The position numbers and the translations under genes are program-made. 64,000 nucleotides of DNA from Ruditapes philippinarum (taxonomy: Eukaryota), in contig NW_026853980.1 of the NCBI RefSeq assembly GCF_026571515.1, positions 62,001 to 126,000 on the forward strand. Reading direction: 5' to 3'. Below the pieces are notes generated by a model. The model searched no databases and was not told where the DNA came from. It saw only the letters and a list, made by a program, of their open reading frames with translations. Below, in pieces: positions 51,165 to 64,000 of the stretch. Positions within the stretch are counted from its first letter, which is position 1. Each line of letters starts with the position of its first letter.

Positions 51165-52562
51165 CAGTGTTTCTGCCAGCTCTGATTTTCTGAGGGTCTT
51201 TTATGACCCCCTGTATGATATTTTAGGGGTCATTTCAAATTCATAAGGGTCATGCCAATAAATTTAACAAAAATGTAAAAAAAAAACAGGAAACACTTTA
51301 TAAGTTTTATTTACAATATTTTGTATATTTTTCGTGAAGAAATTGGTCAATCTCTGCTATTTTGGATTATTTGTCATCCAATAATAACGCTGTATTTCTT
51401 AAAAATTATGTGTGTTAATTTTCATAGAAGAAAGAAAGTCGATACTATATTGAAATTCGTTCATAGTCGCCTTCTATTTTTCATAGTGCTTCATAGTACC
51501 GCCTAGTGACGTAATCAAGGGCCAAATAAAGCTTGACACTAAATATGTTAGTGTTCATCCTTAGCTGTTTTACAGAAATTAGAAACATTCTCCTGTCGCT
51601 ATCGCTCCCTTCGAAGTTTCTAATTTCTGTAGAACAGCACAGATGAACACTAACATATACGCAGACTGCATTTTCCAGCAGACAGTTATTCGTTCGCAGA
51701 ATCAAACTCCTCACAGCGGTTACGTCACGCTTTGCTACTTTAACCACTGCCACCACTGAAATCACGTGATGATAGTTGTATCATGTGACAGAAACATGGC
51801 GGCCAGTTTCAGAACGCCAAGGATCCCATATCAAACTGGCAGATTTATAATTACATCCTTACCAGACAAAATAAGTTCAAGACACACAATTTGTTATCAC
51901 TTTAAAACAAGTCCCGGATCAAATCTTTTTGTGCAATCGTTCAATAACTGTCTATATTCTGCCATTGTTTACTATGCATACGGTGTCACAGTGAAAATAT
52001 CTTTCGTTATGTTTTCAAAATAATTTATATACGTATAATTTTTTACTTTCTTATACATTAAGCATAACTATTTAACGAAAGAAGACTAAAATGATATAAA
52101 GTATTCTATTTTAAAATTAAAAGTGAAAAAAATATATCCGGCTATATTCGACCGAATTTACTTGTGGTGGCAGTGGTTACTGTACAGATCAGGGGAAGTA
52201 ACCGCTGCGAGGAGTTTGTCGCAGAATATGACGACAACAAAATCAATAATTTTGTCTGGGCGCTTTCAATATATGCAGTAACGTATAAATGCGAGCGTTT
52301 ATTAACTAGTTGAAATTGGCTAAATGCCAAACCACGGACCCGGTAAATTTCATTTCTCATTAAAATTATAGTGGAGCCCACGGTAAACATTCCGTACATT
52401 TTTATACTGAATTGACGGTTTATAGTCTGTATATCTGACTTGTGTTAAAATCAGCGACGGTGAAATTCTTGCGTCACAAAATACGCACTAACTAAATTTC
52501 ATTGCGTCATGGCTGAAAATAGTGCGCCAAAAACGCAAAAACGCGCTCTGGCAGAAACACTG
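51165..52562. mobile_element. hAT-like non-autonomous DNA transposon, 15-bp TIR, 6-bp TSD AAGATA
   Basis: AAGATA|CAGTGTTTCTGCCAG ... CTGGCAGAAACACTG|AAGATA; subterminal GGGTC repeats at left and TGCGTCA/ACGCA repeats at right; no transposase ORF. Confidence 0.9.
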
Positions 52563-54789
52563 AAGATAAAATAAGTCAGCCCACTTGTTATCTTACAGTA
52601 GATTATATCTCGTTTTAAGTGGTTTTGGGGTAGTACATTTATATGGTAAGTTTAGCTTAAGGGCATGACATATTCTTTATAAACGACAAGCTACGTGTAT
52701 TAAAATTTAAGTACTTTAATTGCGGGTGAAAGGATTGTTTTAAGTTCATGATAATTTTAGGTTTAACTGATGGTGTCAAGGTAGCAGATGTCGTTTATAA
52801 AATGCTAGGTTGACATTCAAAAAGCAAGATAATTGAAATTTGTCGGTGATTCCTGTCATTCAGTTGCCAAACAGAACTTTTCTTCCTACATATATGCACT
52901 TTATCCAAGTATCGTATGAATAATTAACGACTGCGTGAATAAACAAACTGCCCATTATTGTTAAAGAGCAAAACATCTGGATAATACGTCATTCATCTCA
53001 GAAAAGTCTACATAGACAATAAAAACGTTTACTCCTACAATCCATATGTTTATCATTGTAGGTGTTGATTCACAAAGATATATGCTGGAAATATCGTTAA
53101 ATATTTCCCCGACATTAAAACATTTTGTAACATTTCATAACAAACGGAAGGAATAAATGTCTAGCAAAATTAAACGTTTTATTTCTTATCTTTCTTGGAT
53201 ATATGGCAACTAGTTAATTGTGTTTGCAATGCTAACCATCTACATTTGATTAAATAGACGACAGACACATTCAGTTGCATAAAGGGAATAAGCGTGTTAC
53301 AAAAAGTATAAAATGTTTAAACAAATACTTTGCATGTACAATAGAATGATTAATACGATTTGAAATGGTTGTTTATTGAGATTATAACCTTTTTGAAAAT
53401 TGAATTCGAAGTTATTGTTACTCTTTTATTTTACCGATCTTATTCTATAATTAAATCTTAATAAGTACATGGTTTTACTCTTTATGCGCACTGGGTGAGA
53501 TAGATCAGAACATTTTACAATAAAAGCAAGATCAATGCATGGTTGCTTTTTAACAAACCTTATCTATTTCATTAATTAACTAATAAGTCTATACAAGCTT
53601 AATTTTAATTTAAATGTGATGGAAATATCATAAACTTTTTTTTGTATGCGCCGGGCGTTAACAACGGAACACACGTAGTAATAATTTCTATTTTTGTACA
53701 AATACTTATCGAAACCTTCGCAGCTGCTAGACATACATGTACATTAGTTGTTATTATACATGTATAATAAATTAAGATAATTATGTAGTTGGATAACACG
53801 CAACATTGACGATTTGCAATTTCTATTCTATAACAAGACTTTTTGTAACCTATATTCACAAAGAGGATGCCAACCTGCTTTGAATGTACACGTCTAATAG
53901 CTAAATCAGTTTGAGGTCTTAATAATAATATTATAATGAATATTTTACGAAACAGGCAAGAACATTACAGTATGTACATAAACCATGCTATCAATTATAA
54001 TAATGAGAAATGTTAAACAATGTTAGTCTTGTTCTCTAAAAAACAGTTATTTTGAAATAAACAAGTATCATTAAAAATAATATTATTTACTCGGTATTCT
54101 TATAATATTATTTTCCTGTTTTAATGTAGATGTATTCAACTCTTTATTCACGGAAAAATAATTGAAAAACCTCTCAATGTATCGGAAATTAATACATATC
54201 ATGATAATATAGAAATACAGATGAATAGATGAATGTGTCCTCACAGATAAATACAGATTAAAACAGATCATATTTTATACAACAACAAGCGGAACAAGCA
54301 TAGCCCTAACCTCTGACAGTAACCGGATAGACACATACATGTATATGGTAATAAAAGAAGTAAGTTCTAATACTCACATAATCATAACATGCATAGCAGT
54401 ATTAAAAGTGAATAATACATTTTCATACTTCGTGGAATTTGAAATTAAAAAAAACTAACAGTGTGTTTACTCAATAGGAAGCTTGCAACACATTTAAATG
54501 CAAAACGTTAAAAAGAAACTTTTCTTCGGGTTATATATCAATTTCCCGTCCTGGTAATTTCATTTCGTATCGTAAATCTTCATGCAACCAAGTTAAGTAA
54601 ATTGTTATATCCGTAAATCAATAATTCCGACAATTATTCCTTGAAACGCACAAATTGAGAGCAATATTTTATCACAATGCTTCGACTTGGCTGACAATAA
54701 TGTATTTGTCATAATATAAAGACAATCAAGGACTTGTCTTAATGTGTTTATTTAAGCTTGTAAAGAATTTAGTCATAAATCACTTTTCA

Positions 54790-55260
54790 GAAACAGAATA
54801 GAATGGAATATATATTTCGTTTTTCGGAGTAGAGCATAACTCCTCGCCCACAAAAATAATCATTACAATACAATATCAAAACGCAAAAACGCAAAACACA
54901 AAAGTAAGCAGATCTTACATTTTATACATAAAGGTAGAGAGAAACAAAATAAAGAGACACAGCATAATATATCACATATTTATCACAAAGTAAAAAGTTA
55001 TATTAGGGAGTGATCTTGTTTAGTTTTAAATTTGATAAAGAACTTTCATTTATAAGACAAACTTTTAATTTAATAATAATTCATACAACAAGATTAAATC
55101 TAAATGTATGTAGCTTTTGGCTTTACTAATTTACAACAGATTTAAGTATTATCTTATTACACAATTAATAAAACATGCTAAATTATTTAAAGTTTGGCTA
55201 TTTTGAGTTGACAGTCAGACAACTGTTTTTTCAATGTTAATCTATGGATAAGTTCGCCAA
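54790..55260 (-). mobile_element. Possible decayed LINE 3' end
   Basis: On the minus strand a short hairpin GGAGT..ACTCC is followed by a (TTCTA)-like pentamer tail (plus-strand ACAGAATAGAATGGAAT); no convincing ORF2 remnant; right boundary uncertain. Confidence 0.3.
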
Positions 55261-56496
55261 ATGATCATATATAAGATACAAACAAAGTTAGATATTCCAA
55301 GTCTATTTATATTATACTGCAATATACTATCGAAACCAATGCCAAGGCATATGCCCCTTAAATTTTAGATGATATCTATTTATATTATTCACTGAGAAAT
55401 CACGTGATGTTTATGAATCAGTTACCATATTTTCAATAATATTTTACAAAGTCCACAACATGGAAATCAAAACTATTTGTAATTTTATATTTGAAAGGGT
55501 GTCAATTTGAAGCTGTGCAGACAATTCAAATGCCTAATAAACAGATATTATATAAACCAGATGTGAAATGTTATATTTTAAACACAGTTTAAGGATAAAA
55601 CAATGCGAATGTTTCGATATGACCACGCAATGTTTGTTATATTCCATGTCTTTTGGTGTATTTTTTCCTTTTCTTTTTTATGATCATATTTGTGTTAATA
55701 TGTGTTATGTACCGTAACACAAGCGAATAATCGTCGTAATTCAATCATATAATGTCTTCATTCGAGGATGATTATCTAGCAAATGTGAATGTCACGCCAG
55801 TTTAGTTTCATAATATGTGCATGTTTAAATATAAAAAAATGAAAAATAAATCTTTACAAATTGAAAATATCTAATTGGTTTCACAAGGCAGTTAAACATC
55901 ATAATGACATCGATGAAAATGTTACACATTCAATTTTATGAATGTCAACATCTTTCTGCGTGTATAAAAGTGCAAAAGAAGTTTAAAAGAATGATATTTG
56001 AATTGTCCGATTGTGATTGACGCAGCTGATGATATGAAGAAGCAATATGCAACAAGTAATTCACATTTTCCTATTACATAAATGCATTGCACCTCAGTCA
56101 ATATACTGTAAACTTAGTTGCAAAAGAAAGGAGCACTTGGTTACTTGGAAATTATGTATACTTACTAGAACAAAATAGTGGCAAATTTGGTATCAAAATT
56201 GCTTAAATGTACTGACCACACTTTAGTTAACTATGCATTAAAATTGGAAATTTGCAGAATTGTTAGTTATTGTATCTTGTAATCATATCAATTAATCAAT
56301 ATTTTTTGCGTTCCTCTCGTCACGGATCAACGAAAGTTGTTCGAGAATGCATGGATCAAGATGAAACATCATATGAAACTGTATGTGTTTAAATCATGTT
56401 CCACTCAAAAGTTCAAGTATCCAAAGGCAAAATCGCATGCACACATTTCAACATATCAGCAAATGTCATTTGTCATCTTTCAGCTGTTTTACAGGT

Positions 56497-56860
56497 AACC
56501 AAAGATCTGTTAATAATAAAACAAATCAATGTAAACCGTCGTGTAGTAAGTACATTTCTGCAAGTATTGGTACCGAATATACCTATATATTACTGCAATA
56601 AGTATACACACATTTTCCTTAAAATCAAGTACACGCTTTCTTTTGTTATTCAATATAGATAAGTTTTACGTAATCAAAGATCTGATAATAGTCAAAATTT
56701 AATATAAACCATCGTATAGGCAGTACTTTTCTACAAAAAATATTAATGTTGATACGAAATATAGCTATATTTTATTGAAATAAGTATACAAAATCTTTCC
56801 TAAAGATCAAGTGCATACTTTCTTTTGCAATTCAGTATTATAGATAAAATGTTTTAAGGT
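56497..56860. repeat. Diverged ~175-bp tandem duplication
   Basis: CAAAGATCTG.TAATA..TAAACC.TCGT.TAG..AATAAGTATACA..ATCAAGT.CA..CTTTCTTTTG..TATAGATAA twice. Confidence 0.85.
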
Positions 56861-59800
56861 AGATAAAAGCATTAAAGGTACAAAACATAAATACTTGAAA
56901 TAACATTGTATGTCTCATTGTAAAATGAATATTAAAGTCTTGCTATATAAATATACAATATAATATAATTATATACATGTATATAACCAATTTTGAAAAT
57001 CACGTAATTAAAGTTAAACTATGCTCATCTTTGGGTAAAATAATTTTATCGCAGAAAAAAGTGAAATCTATGGAATTCTTACTAATTATGTTTAATTTGA
57101 ATATTAAAAGAATGTAAATAATGTGTATGGAAGCTACTTTCCATATAACAGGCCAAGTAAAGTTGGTCCTTTCTTAAAAAAACTGCCAATTTAATTAATG
57201 ACACAGTATATTCATATCGTGGCCTCGTGTAGTGTATATATTATAAAACATAACATATCTAACTTGTGTTAAGTCAAAACATGTTGATTTTATATTTACC
57301 AAGAGACAGTGCAGCATTTTCTTCAATGTTTTACATATAAAATTTGAGCATAATATATCTTTGAATAAAATGCAGTATTAGCCTAAACTTTTTGTGATAC
57401 TAGAATAAGAATAGCTAAATTAATTAGTCACTGCATATTTAAGACAATACGGCAACCCGATGTCTATAAACGTGATGAAGTGGTACGTTACCAAGGTTTT
57501 AAGTTCTCTCCCGGGAATAAGAAGCAATCTCGTGCCATGAACAACCAGTGAAAATGTGTTAAATTATTCATAGAAATCAATAGTCTATAGTGGAATGTAT
57601 GTTAAAACAAAATATTTGTTCGTAGACTAGAGAGCTAGAGGAAACAATAACAAATTTTAATACATTATCGCGTCATAGATAAAAAACAACATATTTTTTA
57701 ATTAATATCATTCTTGTATATATAATAATTGCTAATTTTAGATAAACGGCATATGTAGAAAAATGTTTTATGAAGAAGTTATAACTTATATATATCATGA
57801 ATATCAAAATCTCAGTATATTAAACATAACCTAAAGTGAAATAATTTTATACCACCATCTATGTAGTGTTCTTCATGAGCTTAATCATTAACAACTCAGA
57901 GCTGTGCGCTTTTGAAAGTAACTATAACCTCGAAATTGTATAGTAAACTTAAAAACAATACAATGGTCCGTTTGGAATGTTATATATGAAGTTTAGTTTC
58001 CACTAGTGGTAGTAAAACTATGTTCAAGGTTTCAAAAGAGTAATTTTCCAGTTTGAGTAATGATTTATTGTTACCAGTTTCCGTCAGGGTCTTTCTAGTT
58101 TCCGTGTGTGATTCATGTACGACACGATCATGTGCTCATTTGTTTTGTTTATTTATATAAATCACGACCTTTTTTTTATGTATTTCATCTAACTTAACTG
58201 CATAAATGTACGGTAAGTGCAATGACGTCTTTAAACAATGTGCAAATACATGTATATAATTAAGTATACTGTATTTAAAATTGTAATTATTATCATTTAA
58301 AATCAAAACATGAATTTTTTTTATATACATATAGAATACTGATTTCCATTTTAACTGTTTATATACCAAAAGTTATACATGGATATAAATCAATAAACGA
58401 AATCCACCCTGTCGTTAGAAAGTTGTAAACACTATATTACTTACATAAAATAGATATTAATCAAAATTTCTACACTACTGTATCAAAACTTAATCATTGC
58501 AAACCTTTAATGGTTATTTCCGCATGTTAAGCAATCCGAAACGCACAATATGTGGTTTTTTTCCAGAGAATATCGCAATGTTATAAAAAATGTCATGAAA
58601 ATATCGTTTTTAAACCATATTATTATTAGAGCATACACTTTAGGTTTACTATATACTTTAACCGCCTAGAGGGCAATCGATAGTTGAAATGTTTTATTCA
58701 TCCGGGTAAAAATATAATAACACAAAATTCGTTTCATGCATGACTTAAGACAGTATAAACACCGTTAAATATTTATATATAAAGTTCTCAATTTAAACTT
58801 ATGTATAAACTATATCGTATGTTATATTTGCGCTGTTTTAAATGTTTGTAGAAAACTTATTTTTATAAGCAAAATTAACAAAGTTTGTATTTGTATAATT
58901 GTATGTACATGAACTATTCGAAAGTAATGCAATATGACTTTGGATAAACGATTAAATGTTTTCACCTCTACATATATAGTTAAGCATTTTTTGACAAACA
59001 AAAGATGCGTGCAATGATAAGCATATTCAGATTTTAAATATATTGTATGGATAACAGAAAAAAACGTTCAACGGCTGTAACCGACTCTTTCCGAAGTCTC
59101 CTTGCTATGGACAACTCTCTGAACAATTCGTTTCGACACAATTATGGTTGTTAACAGTCATTTTGTGAATATATCAATAATATTTGAATGAATAAATCCT
59201 ACAAATCGCTGTTACATGTAACGACCTTGATTAACCAAAATCGTTTCCAAACAAACTGTTCATAAAGTTTCCATTCATATTCGGTTTATAGGCGACTAAA
59301 TATTTCGCTCTAGCCTGATAATGCGAATGAAATGATAGTTTCTGAGACAAAAATATATGTTATCTACTATAATACTGAATCATAGAAAAAGAAATAAAGA
59401 TTCTTCTGTAAACGCGTTTCTGTTCTGATCCTTTCCCAAAATATGAATTCAATAAGTGAACGGAAGTGTAAAGTTAAGCTGTTTATCCTTTATATCAACA
59501 AGGAATTGTAATTCGCTCAAATTGTAAAATGCTATTGTGAAGTAAATTCTATTAAATTCGACAGTTTAATATCTAAGACATAATCAGACATATTATCTTA
59601 TGTATCTTTGTTGAAGTCAAAAGCTATCTATCCAAAATGATTTTAAATAGATGTGTTTCTTTTTATTATAATTTTAAATGATAAAATTGACAGTTTATTT
59701 GGCGTATATAACATAAATAACGTATATTAACTTCAATAACTGATTCAAAAACATGTCCGGTAATAGATGATATTTTGTGAAAGCAAAATTAAAACGATGA

Positions 59801-60789
59801 AAAAGTCACACAATTTCTACGTTTGTATTGTTAAATATTACAGCAGGCTTTTAAATTTTGCATTTTATTTGCAGAAACTAATTGATTTTCAATTCCACAA
59901 ACCAACCAATATCCAACAAGTCATTACACCCACCGTAATAAAGTTGACATGCGCTGAAAATTGAAACTTTTAATTAATTCCACAGGGAATAGAGCATCAC
60001 GCGTATTCAAATATTTTTTAAACACATTAGGCGAGAGCATTAAATTGCAGTTCTCTGAAAACACTGACTTTATGTTTAAATGTTATTTTGAAAGCTAGCA
60101 TTATATTTTGCATTTTGTGAATTGAATCTATGAAATACTTTTCAACACCTACACATTTATGACTCAGTTTTCACAATAAGTCAAAAGAAAAAAGTCATAT
60201 TGAAGATGTATTTTGCTCAGAATTGATATTAGAAAATACAAGTTTCCTTGTAAAATAAATACAAAATGCTCTGACAGCAGATAAAGTAGATATGTTATGT
60301 TTAAAATTCTTTACTTTATAGTCACAATATAAATATGTAATGTCATTAAAATACTGGCATGTTTTTTTATGAAACGGAAACTTTTACTTGACCTGTAATA
60401 AGGGAACGCAGCTTCTCATATATAGTTATTCATTCTTTTATCCAAATTAGACATACAATATATTCAGTGAGAATTCAGTAGATTTCAATAAAGTTCTTCA
60501 GTGACTAATATTTTAATCTCAAAGGTAAGCAAACTATATCTTTAGGCTGTCTACTCTTATTCTCAACTGAATTCTCAAATTAAAAAAAAAAATAAAAAAA
60601 AAAAAACACGTTAAATCCTAGCAGTTTTGTCGATTTCTTCAACTTAATTTCGACCATTTTATAACAGTTAGAATGCAAGCTAAATCAAAAGTCCTGTGAA
60701 GTAAGCATACTTTAAAACAATGAAATATTTCTTTCATGTCAGTAATAAAAACATCATATCAGAATAGTTTGTTTTTAAAGTACGAAGCC

Positions 60790-61262
60790 TACCAGGGGCT
60801 TTGGTACCTTTCATGTGAGAAAGCTATCCATCTAGCTTACGAAATGTCGGTGGTTCTATTCAGGTGCCCCTCGTGCCTGAAATTATGCAAGGAGGAGGAC
60901 GCCTGATCGGTTAGCTCAAAAGGTAGAGTGTTGGACTGTGAATTGGGCGACCCGGGTTCGATTCCCGGACGGCTCAGGTCATTTTCGTTGGGATTGATCA
61001 TGAAATCCTTTCAACGGTCATTCGCACTGTACCTCTGCTCTTTTATTTACAGAAGTAATCAGTTCCTTGTGAAAGTGAAGGCAACTAGTGCCGGTAAACT
61101 GCTTGACAGCCTGTCCAGGAAGGATGCTGCGGCTGAACTGTGCTCTGGTGAATTCAATGTGACTTATTGCCTTTATCCGTAGTGAAAACTATCAACACCA
61201 CCACCGCCATATACCCGAGTTTTTCTTCCACTAATAAAGCAGAAAAGTCGCTATCTTACCGA
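60790..61262 (+). mobile_element. V-domain SINE split by a younger SINE
   Basis: TTCATGTGAGAAAGCTATCCATCTAGCTTACGAAATGTCGGTGGTTCTATTCAGGTGCCCCTCGTGCCTGAAATTATGCAAGGAGG, resuming at ~61212 as ACCCGAGTTTTTCTTCCACTAATAAAGCAGAAAAGTCGC; colinear with the uninterrupted copy at 33450. Confidence 0.8.
60901..61208 (+). mobile_element. Full-length tRNA-derived Meta-domain SINE
   Basis: Box A TAGCTCAAAAGG, box B GGTTCGATTCCC, GTG at the anticodon position, central GATTGATCATGAAATCCTTTCAACGGTCATTCG, (CAC)n tail; two other copies in the window. Confidence 0.88.
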
Positions 61263-61907
61263 TTTGCGCAAGCTACCGTACGCGCCCCTTAACACCGGCT
61301 TGAGCATAACTGTTGACTGTTCAAATGCTTACTTTTGCATTTTGAAACTCTATTCTTTCATTCGTATACATAGTTTTAAGATATCTTCCCACATTTTAAA
61401 ATATTTTTATTTGTTTCAATAATGACACATATATGTTTTTCTGTCAAATCTATATACTTTAAATTACGCAAACTTCAAAGTACTCCAAATCCAACATGCA
61501 GTAGGATTGCATTTCAGTAAACTATCAATATTAGAATTGTATTGGCTCACATATCGTCTCTTAAATTGTGGTGATATAAATCAAACTGTTTATACCAATC
61601 CAATTCAATTGAAGTTTACTCAGCTAAGACTTACTGATGAGTTTTAACTCTATGTTGTAAGATATACAACACAATTAGTCAGTGCCCTCCCTTTATTATC
61701 GTTAACTGTATATCGTATATTTTTAATGTATTTTTCTTTTTACTTTTATCAACACTTTTTGTGAAACTTTGGTTTTGAAAGGATTCATAGTTCTCTTAAT
61801 GTACTAAACTTGCCATTTTAGATTATTTTAAATATTTAAGAAATAGTACACAGCACCGAATACCACAACGCATTAATGTAACCGATCAGTCAGCCAGCAA
61901 ACATTTA

Positions 61908-62500
61908 AGGGCCAGTTACACAGACAGTCGGTCCCCAATCGGTCATTTAATTTCAAATTTACTCGCCGATATGATCGGTTGTCATGCGTAATTTTATTTC
62001 TGGTTTTCTGTGTAAACGGCCATCGGTGACAGAAAGCAAACTCAAACGGGGTTGGATCGGTGATAAAAATGCTGAATACTATCGGTTTTTATCGTTTGTA
62101 AATCGGAGCTAAATCGGGCGTAACGCTGATTAATCGGTGTTTGATAGCTAGTCATCAGTGGTTAAACACTTTCCGTCAGATATGACCGGTGATTCATATT
62201 TGGTTATATTTGTCCGATCGGCGATATCGGTGATTAAGAGCTTGCATATCTCGTGATATAGGTTGCTGTCGGTTATTTGTAAAATATTTTCACCGATCGA
62301 GAATTTTAAACATGTTTAAAAATCCCAATCGGTAATTTTTCACCGATAAAACTTATCTTTCCCCAATAACAGCTGATAGGTGGAAAACAGGTGACCAATA
62401 TAGGTGATATCGATGTTAAATACTTTGTCATCGATTCACTCCAAAATTTGGCTAAAAAAAACTACCGATCAATCACCGATGGCTCTGTGTAACTGGGATG
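61908..62500. mobile_element. PIF/Harbinger-like MITE
   Basis: CCAGTTACACAGA (61912) / TCTGTGTAACTGG (to 62496) inverted repeat, TTA/TAA flanks, many internal ATCGGT/ACCGAT motifs; outermost bases degenerate. Confidence 0.75.
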
Positions 62501-63824
62501 TAACGGACCGAAGCCGATATATTTTCCAGACCTCGTCACCGTGAGTATTAGAATATGATTTTTTTTACAAAGAGTGAGACTTAAAAATATTGGAATACAC
62601 ACTAAATACCGTATTCCGGTATGTACCGGACAATGAGCTTGAATGATTAAAATTTTATACTAAAATCTTGAGGTTTCACCCGCCGAAATCCAACTTAAAC
62701 GTCTAATTCATCTATTCACACAAATTTATATACGGCAATGAATGAAAATTGTAAGAATTGGCGAAAAATCTTTGAGATCATGATTTCTGCAAGCCTCTTT
62801 TACTCCAACACTGTAATGAGTTAAATCTTTTAAATGGCCTGTTGTAAATATGAAAATAAAGAAACAACAAATCATGTAAGGTATATTATATTACAATAAT
62901 AATGATTTGAAAATACATGTATATATTAACACAGAAATTAAGATTTCTTTGTCAAAGCAGTCACGCAAACAGAATGAAGAAACACAAATAAATTACCCAC
63001 ATGATCGTGTTAAACACGCACATTAAGAAATCTGAAAAGAACAAGAATTCCTCTAAACCATGTCTCTAACATGTATCCAAAAAGCAAAAAATTTTTTAAA
63101 AAAGATCAATAAATAAATAAAATACATCTCGCATCAATTGTTGATGCCAAAATGAACTAATAAATTACGTTTACAGAATCAGAATACTTTTATTGATTTG
63201 AACCATTTCTGAATCGGTATCTAAAGTAACATCTTTCTCATTGACACACATATGAGGAATTTTATACTGTTAAAGCAATGTCAAAGTTTCTTCTTTGTAA
63301 CCATTTATTCAGATATGGATTGAACTATATTTTTTACACCACGAAATTTATATCCCAATTGATGTATGTTAAGACCATCAACTTTTGTTCAAAATTTAAG
63401 ATCATTCGCTCATTCCGTTTGTCCAGAACAATTATTCTAACTTTGAACTTTGAAAAATGACCCACAATTGAAAAAAGTTGCAACCCTTATCACTAGAACT
63501 GGTCAAAGAATACCTAAAAATACATTTTTTTAATTTTTCTGAGTATATTCTTTTGCGTATCTTACTGTTTAAAGTGCCTGCCCAAACATATCTATTTAAG
63601 AATTTTGTAGTTAATTTTATGGTTGATTTTAGGCTGTTTGGTACTCAGTGAACTTTTAAATTACACAAGCAATATGATAATGTTGTGTAACATCATTTTG
63701 ACAACGACGAAGACACTGTTGTCTCTACGGATATTAACGCAGACGATAAGCTGTCAAGGATTTATTGACAGGAAATATATGATAGGACCAACAGGTGCTT
63801 AGGGAATATTGAGGTAATTGATTT

Positions 63825-63944
63825 ATTGTAACATAAGGATATTTCCAAAAAGTACTTATGTAGTTAATTAATTGACTACATAAGTACTTGTAGGAAATAT
63901 CCTTATGTTACAATGTAGTCAATTAATTATGTAGTCAATTAATT
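63825..63944. repeat. Spacer-less 90-bp palindrome plus 16-bp tandem duplication
   Basis: 63825-63869 vs 63870-63914 complementary at 42/45; ATGTAGTCAATTAATT x2 at 63913-63944. Confidence 0.92.
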
Positions 63945-64000
63945 ATATCTATAAAGTTACATGCCTACCAGAATCACTTTTTTACTTAGTCTATTGAAAT

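Noticed and set aside
53790-53895. Minus-strand AGWHP..GYKKSCYR resembling a C-type lectin start
   Set aside because: Needs a frameshift, the spacing is wrong and there is no downstream W-x2-A-x3-C motif.
60903-60975. tRNA-His-like gene
   Set aside because: The anticodon stem does not pair and the sequence runs directly into a SINE body with other copies in the window.
1-64000. ORF-track entries (60-101 aa) as genes
   Set aside because: Short, low-complexity F/I/L/K/Y-rich translations typical of AT-rich non-coding DNA or repeats; no recognisable intact domain; paralogous copies do not keep the frames.

Overview
AT-rich (roughly 30% GC by eye), essentially non-coding animal genomic DNA. The repeat families look like those of bivalve molluscs (Meta- and V-domain tRNA-derived SINEs, a Helentron-associated HINE with internal tandem repeats, palindromic MITEs); this is inferred from recalled consensus sequences. 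No intact protein-coding gene, rRNA, true tRNA or CRISPR array can be supported, and the ORF track is what chance and repeats would give. The window holds many non-autonomous transposons with visible termini (pogo/mariner-type TA MITEs, a TTAA Kolobok-type element, a hAT-like element with a 6-bp TSD, a Harbinger-like element, Crypton-like palindromes). The main unexplained structure is an old head-to-tail array of a ~5-6 kb non-coding unit: A ~15.4-18.6 kb, B ~21.9-27.0 kb, C ~27.0-33.4 kb, partial D ~35.1-38.4 kb, and fragments at 40.1 and 57.5 kb. Short blocks rich in TF-like motifs and a minus-strand TATA box are conserved far better than their surroundings. A second set of duplicated modules and two similar plus-strand TATA regions lie at 38.6-50.6 kb. 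A few decayed lectin-like reading frames are reported only as low-confidence hypotheses. All alignments were done by eye, so coordinates of diverged repeats are approximate.
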